A stretch of DNA of 64,000 bases from an uncultured Solirubrobacterales bacterium (GTDB lineage Bacteria; Actinomycetota; Thermoleophilia; Solirubrobacterales; Thermoleophilaceae). Positions 7,697 through 17,562 of this stretch are shown piece by piece (positions within the stretch are counted from its first letter, which is position 1; each line of letters begins with the position of its first letter). The DNA lies in contig CAWGTP010000006.1 in the NCBI GenBank assembly GCA_963825535.1, positions 183,507-247,506 of the forward strand, given 5' to 3'. Position numbers and translations under genes: made by a program. Under the pieces are notes generated by a model. The model was not told where the DNA came from. It was given only the letters and a program-made list of their open reading frames with translations, and made no database searches.

Positions 7697-10312
7697 CTAT
7701 GAAAGCGTCGTCTCGATCGCCGCGCGGGCCGCGGCCAGGGCGTCGTCGAGCTTCTCGGGATCACGGCCGCCGGCCTGCGCCATCGTGTCGCGCCCACCGC
7801 CGCCCCCGCCCGCAACCTCGGCGGCGACCTTGATGATCGCACCGGCCTTGAGCCCGCGCTCTGTCAGCGCCGGCGCCACCTGCGCCACGAGGTGCACGCG
7901 GCCGTCGGCGGCGGTTCCAAGCACCACGACGGCATCGCCGAGCTTCTGGCGCACGCGGTCGGACAGCGCCAGAAGCTCCTTCGCGTCGCCGACCTCGGAG
8001 CGGGCCGTGACCACCGGAACGCCCCCCATGTCGGCGGCGGCGCCGACCAGGTCGTCGGTGGCGGCCGCGCCATCCTGGCCCGACGGCCGGCTCTGCAGCT
8101 CCTTGACACGGTCGCCGAGGCGCTCCACCGCGCGCGGCAGCTCGTCCTCGGTGGTCTTCAGGCGCGCCGCCAGGTCGCGCAGCATCGCCGTGCGCTCGTC
8201 GAAGAGGCGGGTGGCCTCGGGGCCGGTGACCGCCTCGATCCGCCGGACGTTGGACGCGCTCGAGGTCTCGCTGGTGATGTGGAAGAGCCCAACCTCGGCC
8301 GTTCGTGCCACGTGGGTTCCGCCGCACAGCTCACGCGAGACCTCGTCAACCTCGACCATCCGCACCCAGTCGCCGTACTTCTCGCCGAACAGCGCCATCG
8401 CCCCGAGCTTCTTCGCCTCGTCGAGGCTCGTCTCGATCGCGCGCACCGGCCGGCTTGCGGCGATCCATTTGTTCACGCGCTCCTCGACCGCGTGCAGGTC
8501 GTCCGCCGACATCCGCTCGCCGTGGGTGAAGTCGAAGCGCAGCTTGTCCGGCCCGACGTACGATCCGGCCTGGCGCACATGCGTGCCGAGCCGCTCGCGC
8601 AGCGCCGCGTGCAGCAGGTGGGTCGCGGTGTGGTTGCGCATCGTGGCCAGGCGCGCGTCGCGTTCCACCACGGCGTGCACCCGCTCGCCCTCGACCAGGT
8701 CGCCCTCGAGCGGCTCGAGCGCCAGCGCCTGGTCGCTGCCAAGGCGCAGCACCTCGGCTACCCGCGCGCGCCCGCTGGGGGTCTCGACCAGGCCGCCATC
8801 GGACACCTGGCCGCCACCCTCGGCGTAGAACGGGCTGTCCTCGAGCTTGGCCAGGATCGTGCCGTTGTCGCGCTCGAGCGCGCGCAGCACCGTCTCCGCC
8901 TCGGTGGACTCGTAGCCCACGAAGTTGGTGGTGAAGCCGCTGGTCTTGGCGAACGTCGAGGCGCGCTCGCGCACGCTGTCGCCCGCCCCGACGCGCCCCT
9001 CCCCGCGCGCGACCTCGCGCGCGACCTCCATCAGACCCGCGAACCCCTCCTCGTCCACGCCGAGCCCCTGCTCGGCCAGCAGCTCGGTGGTCAGCTCGAA
9101 CGGGAACCCGAAGGTGTCGTGCAGCCGAAATGCCTCCTCGGCCGCGATCGCCTGCTGACCGTCGTGGCGCGCCTTCTCGATCAGATCGGCCAGCAGGCGC
9201 TCGCCCTGGGCAAGTGTGCGGCCGAAGCCCTCCTCCTCGGCGGCGGCCCAGCGCAGGATCGTGTCACGCTCCTCGTGCAGCTGCGGGTAGGGCTCGCCCA
9301 TCTTGTCGATGACGACCTGGCACAGGTCCGGCACGAACCCGTCCGCGATGCCCAAGCGGCGGCCCTGCTGGATCGCCCGGCGCAGTATCCGGCGCAGGAT
9401 GTAGCCGCGGTCCTCGTTCGACGGGACCACGCCGTCGGCCATCAGAAACGTGGCGCCGCGCCCGTGGTCGGCCAGGATCCGCAGCGCGCGGGTGGTCGCG
9501 AAGTCGTCCCCGGCCCGTTTGCCCGACCGCTGCTCCCCGAACTCGACCAGCGGCGCGAACAGGTCGGTCTCGAACACGGACGGGACGTCCTGCAGGATCG
9601 CCGCCATCCGGTCCAGTCCCAGCCCCGTGTCGATGTTCTGCTGCGGGAGATCGGTCAGCGACCCGTCCGCGTGCAGCTCGAACTGCATGAACACAAGGTT
9701 CCAGTACTCCAGGAACCGCTCGGTGTCATCGCCCGGGCGGTCGTCCTCGGACCCGAAGCCGGGGCCACGGTCGAGGTAGAGCTCCGAGCACGGGCCGCAC
9801 GGCCCCGTGGGCCCGGACTGCCAGAAGTTGTCCTCCATGCCCAGGCGCACGATGCGCCCCTCGGGCACGCCGATCGCGCGCCAGCACTCGATCGCCTCCT
9901 CGTCGGGCCCGACTCCCAAGTCCTCGTCGCCGCCGAAGACGGTGATCCAGATCTGCTCCGGGTCGAAGCCGAAACCCGCCGTCGAGAGCTCCCACGCGTA
10001 CTCCGCCGCCCCCTGCTTGAAGTAGTCCCCGACCGAGAAGTTGCCCAGCATCTCGAAGAAAGTCAGGTGGCGCGCGGTCAGGCCCACGTTCTCGATGTCG
10101 GTGGTGCGGAACACCTTCTGGCACGAGGTCAGGCGTGGCGAGGGCGGCCTTTCCTCACCCCTGAAATAGGGCTTGAACGGCTGCATCCCGGCGGTGGTCA
10201 GCAGCACCGTCGGGTCGAAGCTCGCAGGCACGAGCGACGCGGAGGCGATTCGCTCGTGCCCGCGCTCCTCGAAGAACGTCAGGTACCGCTCCCGTATCTC
10301 GGCCGACTGCAT
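7697..10312 (-). CDS. alaS: alanine--tRNA ligase
   Basis: 871 aa from ATG 10312 (MQSAEIRERYLTFFEERGH...). Class II core, editing-domain motifs HTATHLLHAAL and CGGTH, and a C-terminal DHHA1-like GGGGGR. Confidence 0.95.
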   Translation of the reverse strand: MQSAEIRERYLTFFEERGHERIASASLVPASFDPTVLLTTAGMQPFKPYFRGEERPPSPRLTSCQKVFRTTDIENVGLTARHLTFFEMLGNFSVGDYFKQGAAEYAWELSTAGFGFDPEQIWITVFGGDEDLGVGPDEEAIECWRAIGVPEGRIVRLGMEDNFWQSGPTGPCGPCSELYLDRGPGFGSEDDRPGDDTERFLEYWNLVFMQFELHADGSLTDLPQQNIDTGLGLDRMAAILQDVPSVFETDLFAPLVEFGEQRSGKRAGDDFATTRALRILADHGRGATFLMADGVVPSNEDRGYILRRILRRAIQQGRRLGIADGFVPDLCQVVIDKMGEPYPQLHEERDTILRWAAAEEEGFGRTLAQGERLLADLIEKARHDGQQAIAAEEAFRLHDTFGFPFELTTELLAEQGLGVDEEGFAGLMEVAREVARGEGRVGAGDSVRERASTFAKTSGFTTNFVGYESTEAETVLRALERDNGTILAKLEDSPFYAEGGGQVSDGGLVETPSGRARVAEVLRLGSDQALALEPLEGDLVEGERVHAVVERDARLATMRNHTATHLLHAALRERLGTHVRQAGSYVGPDKLRFDFTHGERMSADDLHAVEERVNKWIAASRPVRAIETSLDEAKKLGAMALFGEKYGDWVRMVEVDEVSRELCGGTHVARTAEVGLFHITSETSSASNVRRIEAVTGPEATRLFDERTAMLRDLAARLKTTEDELPRAVERLGDRVKELQSRPSGQDGAAATDDLVGAAADMGGVPVVTARSEVGDAKELLALSDRVRQKLGDAVVVLGTAADGRVHLVAQVAPALTERGLKAGAIIKVAAEVAGGGGGGRDTMAQAGGRDPEKLDDALAAARAAIETTLS

Positions 10313-10496
10313 CGCCCGAAGTCTAGGAGTCCGCGGGACGCACCGATCTGCGCCGCTATCGGCCGAAAAGATGCCTGCATATCTCGGCTCACCCAACCCA
10401 AAGGTGTGCCGACGCTGCAGGGTTCATCCCCCGAAGTTGCGCACTTGGCACGGGGACCGAAAGCGTGCGCTACAGGAAGCCGACCATGACCTGGTA

Positions 10497-11873
10497 ATGC
10501 TGCTCGCGCCGCAACTGGTAGGAGAAGCTCGCGCGCGACGCCAGCGCAAGATGGATCGGCGCGAGCGACTGGTCGAGGGAACGTCCGCGCTGCTCTTCCT
10601 GGCGGCCGCGTCCTCGATCGCCATCCTGGTCGACTCCCCGCGCGCGACCGATCCGCTGCTGATCCTCGGTCTCACGCTGGGATACGCGGCCGTCTCGCGG
10701 GTGCGGTTCGAGTACTCGGACGTGTACGTGTCCGCGGAGCAGCTCGTGTTCATCATGATGATCGCGCTGCTGCCGGTACAGCTGGTGCCGCTGCTGGTCT
10801 GCGCCGCCGGCTTCGTCTCCGTGCTGCCCGAGATCATGGCCGGCACGTGGCACCGCCAGCGCGCCATCCACGTCGTCAGCGAATCCTGGTTCACAGTCGG
10901 GCCCGTCCTGGTCGTCGCCCTGTTCGCACCGGGCATGGTCAGCGCCGCCGACTGGGAGATCTACATCGCCGCCTTCGCCGCCGAGGTCGTGTTCGACATC
11001 GGCGGGGCGCTCATCCGGGAGACCTTCCGGACGCGCACGCCGCTGGTGGAGTTCATCCGTTCCTCGCTGGGCACGGTGCAGATCGACGCCATCCTCACCC
11101 CGGTCGCCTTCGTGATCGCCCTCGAGGCAGTCCACGTTCCGCTCGTCCTGCTGGCCATCGGACCGCTGGTGTGGCTGCTGCGGGTGTTCTCCCGGGAACG
11201 CCGCGAGCGCTACTCCACCACGCTAGAGCTGAACCGGGCCTACCGCGGCACGGTGATGCTGCTGGCCGACGTGGTCGAGTCCGACGACGGATACACGGGT
11301 GAGCACTCCCGCTCGGTGGTCGAACTGGTGCACGCGGTGACCGATCACCTGAACGTGGACCCCGGAACCCGCCAGGAGATGGAGTTCGCGGCGCTCCTGC
11401 ACGACGTGGGCAAGATCTCGATCCCGAAGGAGATCCTGAACAAGCCGGCGAAGCTCACCGCCGAGGAGTTCGAGCTCATGAAGACCCACACCGTCGAGGG
11501 CCAGTTCCTGCTCGATCGCGTGGGTGGCCTGCTCGGGCGGATCGGCGAGGTCGTTCGCTCGTGCCACGAGCGCTGGGACGGAAAGGGCTATCCAGATGGG
11601 CTCAAGGGCGAGCAGATCCCGCTGGCCGCCCGGATCGTGTTCGTCTGCGACGCCTACAACGCCATGACCACCGACCGGCCCTACCGGAAGGCCCTGACCA
11701 CGCCGGATGCGCTCGACGAGCTAAAGGCGAACGCGGGAACGCAGTTCGACCCCACCATCGTCGCGGCCCTCGTCGAGGTCGTCGAGGATGCCCAGCCAGC
11801 GAGCCGCGCCGCCGACGACATGCGGGTGCTGCTCTCCGAGGTGCGGCTGAGCGACCAGACCACCTCGGTCTGA
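10497..11873 (+). CDS. membrane-bound HD-GYP domain protein (probable cyclic-di-GMP phosphodiesterase)
   Basis: Multi-TM N-terminal half, then ALLHDVGKISIP and CHERWDGKGYPDGL (HD and GYP motifs). The start is uncertain: ATG 10497 or ATG 10551. The TTG at 10173 would overlap alaS. Confidence 0.85.
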   Translation: MLLAPQLVGEARARRQRKMDRRERLVEGTSALLFLAAASSIAILVDSPRATDPLLILGLTLGYAAVSRVRFEYSDVYVSAEQLVFIMMIALLPVQLVPLLVCAAGFVSVLPEIMAGTWHRQRAIHVVSESWFTVGPVLVVALFAPGMVSAADWEIYIAAFAAEVVFDIGGALIRETFRTRTPLVEFIRSSLGTVQIDAILTPVAFVIALEAVHVPLVLLAIGPLVWLLRVFSRERRERYSTTLELNRAYRGTVMLLADVVESDDGYTGEHSRSVVELVHAVTDHLNVDPGTRQEMEFAALLHDVGKISIPKEILNKPAKLTAEEFELMKTHTVEGQFLLDRVGGLLGRIGEVVRSCHERWDGKGYPDGLKGEQIPLAARIVFVCDAYNAMTTDRPYRKALTTPDALDELKANAGTQFDPTIVAALVEVVEDAQPASRAADDMRVLLSEVRLSDQTTSV

Positions 11874-13049
11874 ATCTGCCCGCCAGTGCCGGCGCAGCAC
11901 GGCCACGGCGACCACGCCAAGCAGGATCTCCCAGGCGCCGGTGATCGCCATGAGCTCCCGTGGGCTGAGCACCGCGGTCAGCGCGCCGCCCGCCAGCAGG
12001 GCGATGACCATCGCCCATGACGTCAAGGTGTCGGTCAGCGCGAATGTCCGTCCCTGGAAGCGATCCGGCACCTCGGACTGCACGAGCAGCCGCTGGTAGG
12101 TCACGAACAGCCCGTTGCCGAACCCACCGAGGCCGAACGCCAGCAGGGCGATCGCCAGGTTGGGTGAGGCAGCCGTGAACAGGCTGCCAAGCCCGGTGAA
12201 GAACACGCCCTGCACGAACCGGCGCTTGAGCAGCGGAGCGGCGCCTCCTCCGGCGCCCACGAGCGATCCGAGCAGGAAGCCGATGCCGAGCACGGCGACG
12301 AGGGCCGAGTAGCCGGAGTCGCCGGTCCCCAGCTCCTCCTCCGCGAACAGGAGCTCGATGACGTTGAAGATGCCACCGGAGAGCATCGAGCCGGCCATGA
12401 GGCCGACCAGGATGGCGATCGGCCGCATCCGCAGCACCGCGCTGATGCCGGCGCGCGTCTCGCTCAGCAGCGACTCGCCCCCGGCGTCGGCCCGCCTGGG
12501 CCCGAATGCGAGCCGGCTCAGCACGAGCGCCGAGACGGCAAAGGTTGCCCCATTGGCCAACAGCAGGGCCTCCGGGCTTGCGAGCGCCAAGAACCCCGCG
12601 GCCAGGGCCGGCCCGAGCGTGTAGCCCACATCCGTGACCGCGCCGTAGGCCGAGGTCGTCGGCGGGACGCGGTCGGCCGCGACCAGCCCTGGGATGGCCG
12701 ACAGCATCGACGGCCTGAACAGGCCGCTTCCGGCACCCGCAACCAGGGCGAGGGCCAACGTGGCCTCAAAGCTGCCCACCACGGCCACGCCGCCGAAGGC
12801 GAACGCGCGCAGCAGGTCCGCGATCACGACACAGCGCTTGCGCGACCATCGGTCGGCCGCTGCCCCGGCGAGCGGTCCGAGCAGCATCGAGGGCAGGAAC
12901 TCGGCAAGCAGGATGAGGCTGATGGCCCACGGCGACTGCCATCGCTCGTAGGCGACCAGCAGCAGCGCCACGTAGCCGGCGCCGGTCCCGACGGACGACT
13001 GCGCAACTGCGGCCAACATGAGCCTGGCCCGCGGCTCGCTGCGCAGCAT
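11721..13049 (-). CDS. MFS transporter
   Basis: About 12 hydrophobic segments and the MFS loop motif GPLAGAAADRWSRKR. ATG 13049 is preferred over TTG 13070. The 3' end overlaps the convergent HD-GYP gene. Confidence 0.85.
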   Translation of the reverse strand: MLRSEPRARLMLAAVAQSSVGTGAGYVALLLVAYERWQSPWAISLILLAEFLPSMLLGPLAGAAADRWSRKRCVVIADLLRAFAFGGVAVVGSFEATLALALVAGAGSGLFRPSMLSAIPGLVAADRVPPTTSAYGAVTDVGYTLGPALAAGFLALASPEALLLANGATFAVSALVLSRLAFGPRRADAGGESLLSETRAGISAVLRMRPIAILVGLMAGSMLSGGIFNVIELLFAEEELGTGDSGYSALVAVLGIGFLLGSLVGAGGGAAPLLKRRFVQGVFFTGLGSLFTAASPNLAIALLAFGLGGFGNGLFVTYQRLLVQSEVPDRFQGRTFALTDTLTSWAMVIALLAGGALTAVLSPRELMAITGAWEILLGVVAVAVLRRHWRADSDRGGLVAQPHLGEQHPHVVGGAARWLGILDDLDEGRDDGGVELRSRVRL

Positions 13050-13114
13050 CGTGAGGGTCGTAGAGATCAAGCAGCGCCTTCCGCCTCTGGTTCCCGCCCG
13101 TGGAGCCTAACGCG

Positions 13115-13150
13115 AGAGGGGCCGCAATCCCGATGGGATGCGGCCCCTCT
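13115..13150. terminator. strong GC hairpin (AGAGGGGCCGCA ... TGCGGCCCCTCT), likely terminator of the peptide ABC operon
   Basis: 12-bp perfect stem, extendable by about 4 bp through ATCCC/GGGAT. Lies downstream of the last ABC gene on the minus strand and upstream of the MFS gene. Confidence 0.5.
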
Positions 13151-13378
13151 ACGCCTTGTGAAACGTCTTAGCTGCGACGCGGCATCTAGGCTCCCTTCAA
13201 CGGCTGGGTACCGGTCTCAAAACTCCACTCCCATGCACAGGTAAGTGGGGCAAACCCGTGCACTTAGCTGCACTGTGGCATAGCTGGCAGCTTCGCGCCA
13301 CTTTTCTGCAAGAGGCCGTGCAGAGAGGAGGGGTTCCCCTACCGGAACCCGACGGCGCGCGGCTTGGTGAGGACGGCT

Positions 13379-14452
13379 CTAGGCCGCCGAGGGCAGCTGC
13401 TGGCCGGCGGACTGCGGGCTGGTGTCCGAGCGCTCGGCGGAGGCGATCTCGGCCTCGGTCACGTTCAGCGGGTGGTGGCAGGCGGCCAGGTGGCCGTCCG
13501 CGTACCGCGTGAGCGGGGGCTCGACCGTCCGGCATATGTCGGTGGCGCGCGGACAGCGCGGATGGAAGACGCAGCCGGAGGGAGGGTCGATCGGGTTCGG
13601 CGGCTCGCCGGTGACCAGGGCGCGCTTGCGGGCGCGGTTCTCCCGCGGGTCCGGGATCGGAATCGCGCCTAGCAGTGCCTGTGTGTACGGATGGACGGGC
13701 TTGGAGTAGAGCGCCTCCGATGGCGAGACCTCCATCAGCTTGCCCAGGTACATGACGGCGATCCGATCGGACACGTGGCGGACGACGCTGAGGTCGTGGG
13801 CCACGAACAGGTAGGCGAGCTTGAACTCGTCCTGGAGATCGTCGAGCAGGTTGACGATCTGGGCCTGTACCGACACGTCGAGCGCCGATACGGGCTCGTC
13901 CAGAACGATCATCCGGGGCTGGAGCGCGAGCGCGCGGGCGATGCCGATCCGCTGGCGCTGACCGCCGGAGAACTCGTGTGGGAAACGGCGCGCGTGCTCG
14001 GGCGCGAGCCCGACGCGCTCGAGCAGGTCGTCGACCCTGCCCTCGGCCTCCTCACGCGAGCTGCCGTGCAGGCGCATCGGCGCGGACACGAGCTGGCGCA
14101 CGGTCTTGCGCGGGTTCAGCGAGGCGAACGGGTCCTGGAAGACCATCTGCATGTCGCGCCGCAGTGGCTGCAGCGACTTGCGGCCGGCGCTGGTGATGTC
14201 CTGGCCGTCGAAACGGATCCTGCCGTCGGTGGGCCTGAGCAGCCGCATCAGCGTCCGGGCCAGAGTGGTCTTTCCGCAGCCCGACTCGCCCACAAGACCC
14301 ACGGTCTCGCCCTCGTGCAGGCTGAAGCTGACATCGTCCACCGCCTTGACGCTGGCCACCTCGCGGCCGAAGATCAGGCCCTCGCGCACCGGGAAGTGCT
14401 GGCGGACGTGATCGACCTCCAACAGGGGTGTGGCGCCGTTTCCCTCGCTCAC
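13379..14452 (-). CDS. Opp/Dpp-type ABC transporter ATP-binding protein (OppF-like)
   Basis: Walker A GESGCGKTT, signature FSGGQRQR, Walker B MIVLDEPVSALD, and a C-terminal oligopeptide-type Cys-rich extension. The GTG start forms a GTGA overlap with the upstream stop. Confidence 0.9.
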   Translation of the reverse strand: MSEGNGATPLLEVDHVRQHFPVREGLIFGREVASVKAVDDVSFSLHEGETVGLVGESGCGKTTLARTLMRLLRPTDGRIRFDGQDITSAGRKSLQPLRRDMQMVFQDPFASLNPRKTVRQLVSAPMRLHGSSREEAEGRVDDLLERVGLAPEHARRFPHEFSGGQRQRIGIARALALQPRMIVLDEPVSALDVSVQAQIVNLLDDLQDEFKLAYLFVAHDLSVVRHVSDRIAVMYLGKLMEVSPSEALYSKPVHPYTQALLGAIPIPDPRENRARKRALVTGEPPNPIDPPSGCVFHPRCPRATDICRTVEPPLTRYADGHLAACHHPLNVTEAEIASAERSDTSPQSAGQQLPSAA

Positions 14453-15489
14453 GTGACCGCCTCCGTGTTCGCGAGGCCGAACTGACCGTCGACCACGCGC
14501 AGCCGCCGCTTGGCGTCGCCGTCCAGCCAACAGCGGTCGGCGTGCTCGGCCGAGTTTCCGGCCCGGCGCTCGAGCGCGGGCGTCTGCTCGCACTTGGCGA
14601 ACGCGTGCGGGCAGCGGGGCGCGAAGTGGCATCCCTTCGGCCGGTTGGCCAGCGACGGCGGCAGGCCGGCGATCGCGGGTAGCCGCTCGGGGCGGTCGCG
14701 GTCGACGCGCGCGATCGAGCCCAGCAGACCCCACGTGTACGGGTGCTGGGGGTCGTAGAAGATCTCGTCGAGCGTGCCCTGCTCCACGATCCGGCCGGCG
14801 TACATGACGGCGACGCGGTCGGCCACGTCGGCCACCACACCCAGGTCGTGGGTGACCAGGATCACCGCCGCGCCGGTCTCGTCGCGCAGGGCGCGGATGC
14901 GATCGAGGATCTGGGCCTGGATCGTCACGTCAAGCGCGGTCGTCGGCTCGTCGGCGATCAGCAGCTTGGGATCGCACGACAGCGCCAGCGCGATCATCAC
15001 GCGCTGGCGCATACCGCCGGAGAACTCGTGCGGGTAGGAGTCGACGCGGTCGCGGGCGCGCGGGATGCCGACCCGCTCCAGCAGCTCGATCGCGCGCTCG
15101 CGCGCCTCCCGGTCGGCGATCGACTCGTGCGCCTGGATCTGTTCCTCGATCTGATGCCCGATCTTCTGGACCGGGTTCAGCGAGGTCATCGGGTCCTGGA
15201 AGATCATCGCGATCTCGGCTCCCCGGATCTTGCGCAGCGTCTCGTCGTCGGCGCCGACCAGTTCCGTCTCGCGATAGTGCGCCTCGCCGGAGAAACGCGC
15301 GTTGGGGGACCGCGTGAGGCCCATCAGCGTCATCGCGGTGACCGACTTGCCCGACCCCGACTCGCCAACCACGGCCACGATCTCCCCGGGCGCGAGCTCG
15401 AGCGACACCCCGTCCACGGCCTGCACGGACCCCTCCTCGGTCACGAACTGGACCGCCAGGTCCTGGATCGACAGCAGCCGTTCGCTCAC
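14449..15489 (-). CDS. Opp/Dpp-type ABC transporter ATP-binding protein (OppD-like)
   Basis: Walker [10 protein letters not shown], signature FSGGMRQR, Walker [17 protein letters not shown] overlap with the upstream permease gene. Confidence 0.9.
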   Translation of the reverse strand: MSERLLSIQDLAVQFVTEEGSVQAVDGVSLELAPGEIVAVVGESGSGKSVTAMTLMGLTRSPNARFSGEAHYRETELVGADDETLRKIRGAEIAMIFQDPMTSLNPVQKIGHQIEEQIQAHESIADREARERAIELLERVGIPRARDRVDSYPHEFSGGMRQRVMIALALSCDPKLLIADEPTTALDVTIQAQILDRIRALRDETGAAVILVTHDLGVVADVADRVAVMYAGRIVEQGTLDEIFYDPQHPYTWGLLGSIARVDRDRPERLPAIAGLPPSLANRPKGCHFAPRCPHAFAKCEQTPALERRAGNSAEHADRCWLDGDAKRRLRVVDGQFGLANTEAVT

Positions 15490-16433
15490 GTCAGCCGGAT
15501 CCGCGGGTCGAGCGCCGCATAGACGATGTCCACGATCGTGTTCAGGAACACGATGAAGAACGCACCGAACAGGGTGATCATGACCAGCGCGGCCTGGTCC
15601 AGGCTCTGTACCGACTCGCGCGCGTACTGGCCGACGCCCTGGAGGTCGAAGACGGTCTCGGTCAGGATTGCCCCGCCGCCCAGCACGGCCCCGAAGTCAA
15701 GCCCCCAGAGGGTGATGACGGGGATCATCGAGTTGCGCAGGACATGCCGCAGCAGCACCTGGCGCTCGGACAGGCCCTTGGCCCGCGCGGTGCGCACGAA
15801 GTCGTCGTTCATCGTGTCCAGCAGGTTCGAGCGCAGGACGCGCGAGTACACGCCGATGAACAGCAGCGACAGCGCGGTCCAGGGCATGATCAGGTGGGTG
15901 AACCACTGCCACGGGGACTCCGCGAACGGGACGTATCCGCCGTTCGGGAAGATGCCCCACTTGAAGCCCAGGAAGTAGTTCATCAGCGCACCGACCCAGA
16001 ACACGGGCATCGACACACCGACCAGGGCGAGCACGGTCAGGAAGCGATCCGAGAACTGGCCCGCGCGCAAGGCGGTGTACAGGCCGAGCATCACGGCCAT
16101 GAACATCCACAGCAGCGCCGCGCCGACGGCCAGCGCGAGCGTGCGCGGGAGGCCCTTCTTGATCTCCTCGAACACGTTCAGGCGCGTTGTGTACGAGATC
16201 AGGCTGCCGTCGAAGACCTTGCCCATCAGCGTCACGTACTGCTCGGGCTTGGACCTGTCGAAGCCGAAGTCCTTGCGGATCAGGTCCTTCTGCTCGTCGG
16301 TCGCGTTGCGGCCGGCGAGCCGCACGACGGGATCGCCGCCCGGGATCACGTTGAAGATGCCGAAGGTGAGCACCGAGATCGCGAACAGGACCAGCACCAT
16401 CGCGATCAGCCGGCGGATGATGAAGCGCGCCAC
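15486..16433 (-). CDS. Opp/Dpp-type ABC transporter permease (DppB/OppB-like)
   Basis: 315 aa from GTG 16433 (VARFIIRRLIAMVLVLFAISVLTF...PGGDP). BPD-transporter EAA-like loop ARAKGLSERQVLLRHVLRN. Its start shares one base with the upstream stop (TAGTG). Confidence 0.88.
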   Translation of the reverse strand: MARFIIRRLIAMVLVLFAISVLTFGIFNVIPGGDPVVRLAGRNATDEQKDLIRKDFGFDRSKPEQYVTLMGKVFDGSLISYTTRLNVFEEIKKGLPRTLALAVGAALLWMFMAVMLGLYTALRAGQFSDRFLTVLALVGVSMPVFWVGALMNYFLGFKWGIFPNGGYVPFAESPWQWFTHLIMPWTALSLLFIGVYSRVLRSNLLDTMNDDFVRTARAKGLSERQVLLRHVLRNSMIPVITLWGLDFGAVLGGGAILTETVFDLQGVGQYARESVQSLDQAALVMITLFGAFFIVFLNTIVDIVYAALDPRIRLT

Positions 16434-17491
16434 TAGTGCTCCACGCGGATCTTGGCCCGCGGGTCGAAGGCGTCGCGCACGCCGTCGCCGAACACGTTCA
16501 GCCCGAGCACGGTGGCCACGAGCATGAGGCCGGGGACGATCGTCTGGTGCGGCGCCGAGGTCACCGTCTCGACGCCCTCGGCGATCATCGTCCCCCACGA
16601 GGTCTCGGGCGACCGGACGCCCGCGCCGACGAACGAGAGCGCCGCCTCCAGCAGGATCGCGTTGGCCACCGCCAGCGGCAGGAAGACGATGATCGTGGAG
16701 GTCAGGTTGGGCATGATCTCGCTGAACATGATCCGCAGCGAGCCGGCCCCCTGCGACTCCGCGGCCTCCACGAACTCCTTCTGGCGCAGCGCCAGCACCT
16801 GGCCCCTGATCGGCCGGGCCAGGTAGGGCACGTAGACGAAGCCGATGATCAGGACGGGGATCAGCTTCGAGTCCGCGGCAAGCGTGATCGGCCCGACCTT
16901 GAGCCCTGCGACGCCCAGGGCGGTGCCCAGCGCGATGCCGAGCAGGATCACCGGGAATGCCCACACCACGTCCAACGCGCGCGAGATCACGGAGTCCGTG
17001 AAGCCCCCGAAGAAGCCCGCCAGCAGCCCGAGAACCACCGAGAGCAACGCGGTGATCAGCGCCGCGGAGATGCCGATCAGCAGCGAGTTGCGGCCGCCGT
17101 AGAGGAGCCTGACCGCCGTGTCCCGGCCGTTGGCGTCGGCACCGAGGAAATACTGGCCCTGGTAGGTCGGCCCGATCGGGATGCCGTCGGGCGAGACCAC
17201 GTCCTTCTTCTTGCCGTCCACCGTGACGCTGCCGACCTCGTTGTTGTCCTTGGGCCCCCGCTTGGCCACGTCGCTGGACCAGATCGGCGCCGCCAGGCAC
17301 ATGGCCACGACAACGAAGAACAGCGCCAGGAACGCCAGCGCCACCTTGTTGCGGCGCAGGCGCCGGCCCGCGATCCGCCACGGCCCCTGGGCCTGGACCA
17401 CGCCGCCGTGGACGAACTCCTCCTCGTGCGCGACCTCGGCAAGGGCGTCGGTCGACAGCTCCGTCGAGGCATCGCGCGGGTCAACCGCCAT
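16433..17491 (-). CDS. Opp/Dpp-type ABC transporter permease (DppC/OppC-like)
   Basis: 352 aa. OppC_N-like N-terminus (WRIAGRRLRRNKVALAFLALFFVV) and EAA-like loop AAESQGAGSLRIMFSEIMPN. Confidence 0.88.
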   Translation of the reverse strand: MAVDPRDASTELSTDALAEVAHEEEFVHGGVVQAQGPWRIAGRRLRRNKVALAFLALFFVVVAMCLAAPIWSSDVAKRGPKDNNEVGSVTVDGKKKDVVSPDGIPIGPTYQGQYFLGADANGRDTAVRLLYGGRNSLLIGISAALITALLSVVLGLLAGFFGGFTDSVISRALDVVWAFPVILLGIALGTALGVAGLKVGPITLAADSKLIPVLIIGFVYVPYLARPIRGQVLALRQKEFVEAAESQGAGSLRIMFSEIMPNLTSTIIVFLPLAVANAILLEAALSFVGAGVRSPETSWGTMIAEGVETVTSAPHQTIVPGLMLVATVLGLNVFGDGVRDAFDPRAKIRVEH

Positions 17492-17562
17492 CGTCTACTC
17501 GCTCCGGGGGACGGGAACCGCCGGCGGGCGCCGCCTGGCGCCCGCCGACATTCCAATGTCCG

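Noticed and set aside
13155-13161. TTGTGAA, a possible Rex operator half-site in the long spacer
   Set aside because: No matching TTCACAA half-site follows at the required spacing, and a lone half-site is expected by chance.
15486-17491. Permease genes are ordered DppC-like then DppB-like, instead of the textbook B then C
   Set aside because: Gene order within Opp/Dpp-type operons varies among bacteria. I see no functional implication and cannot show rarity without a database survey.
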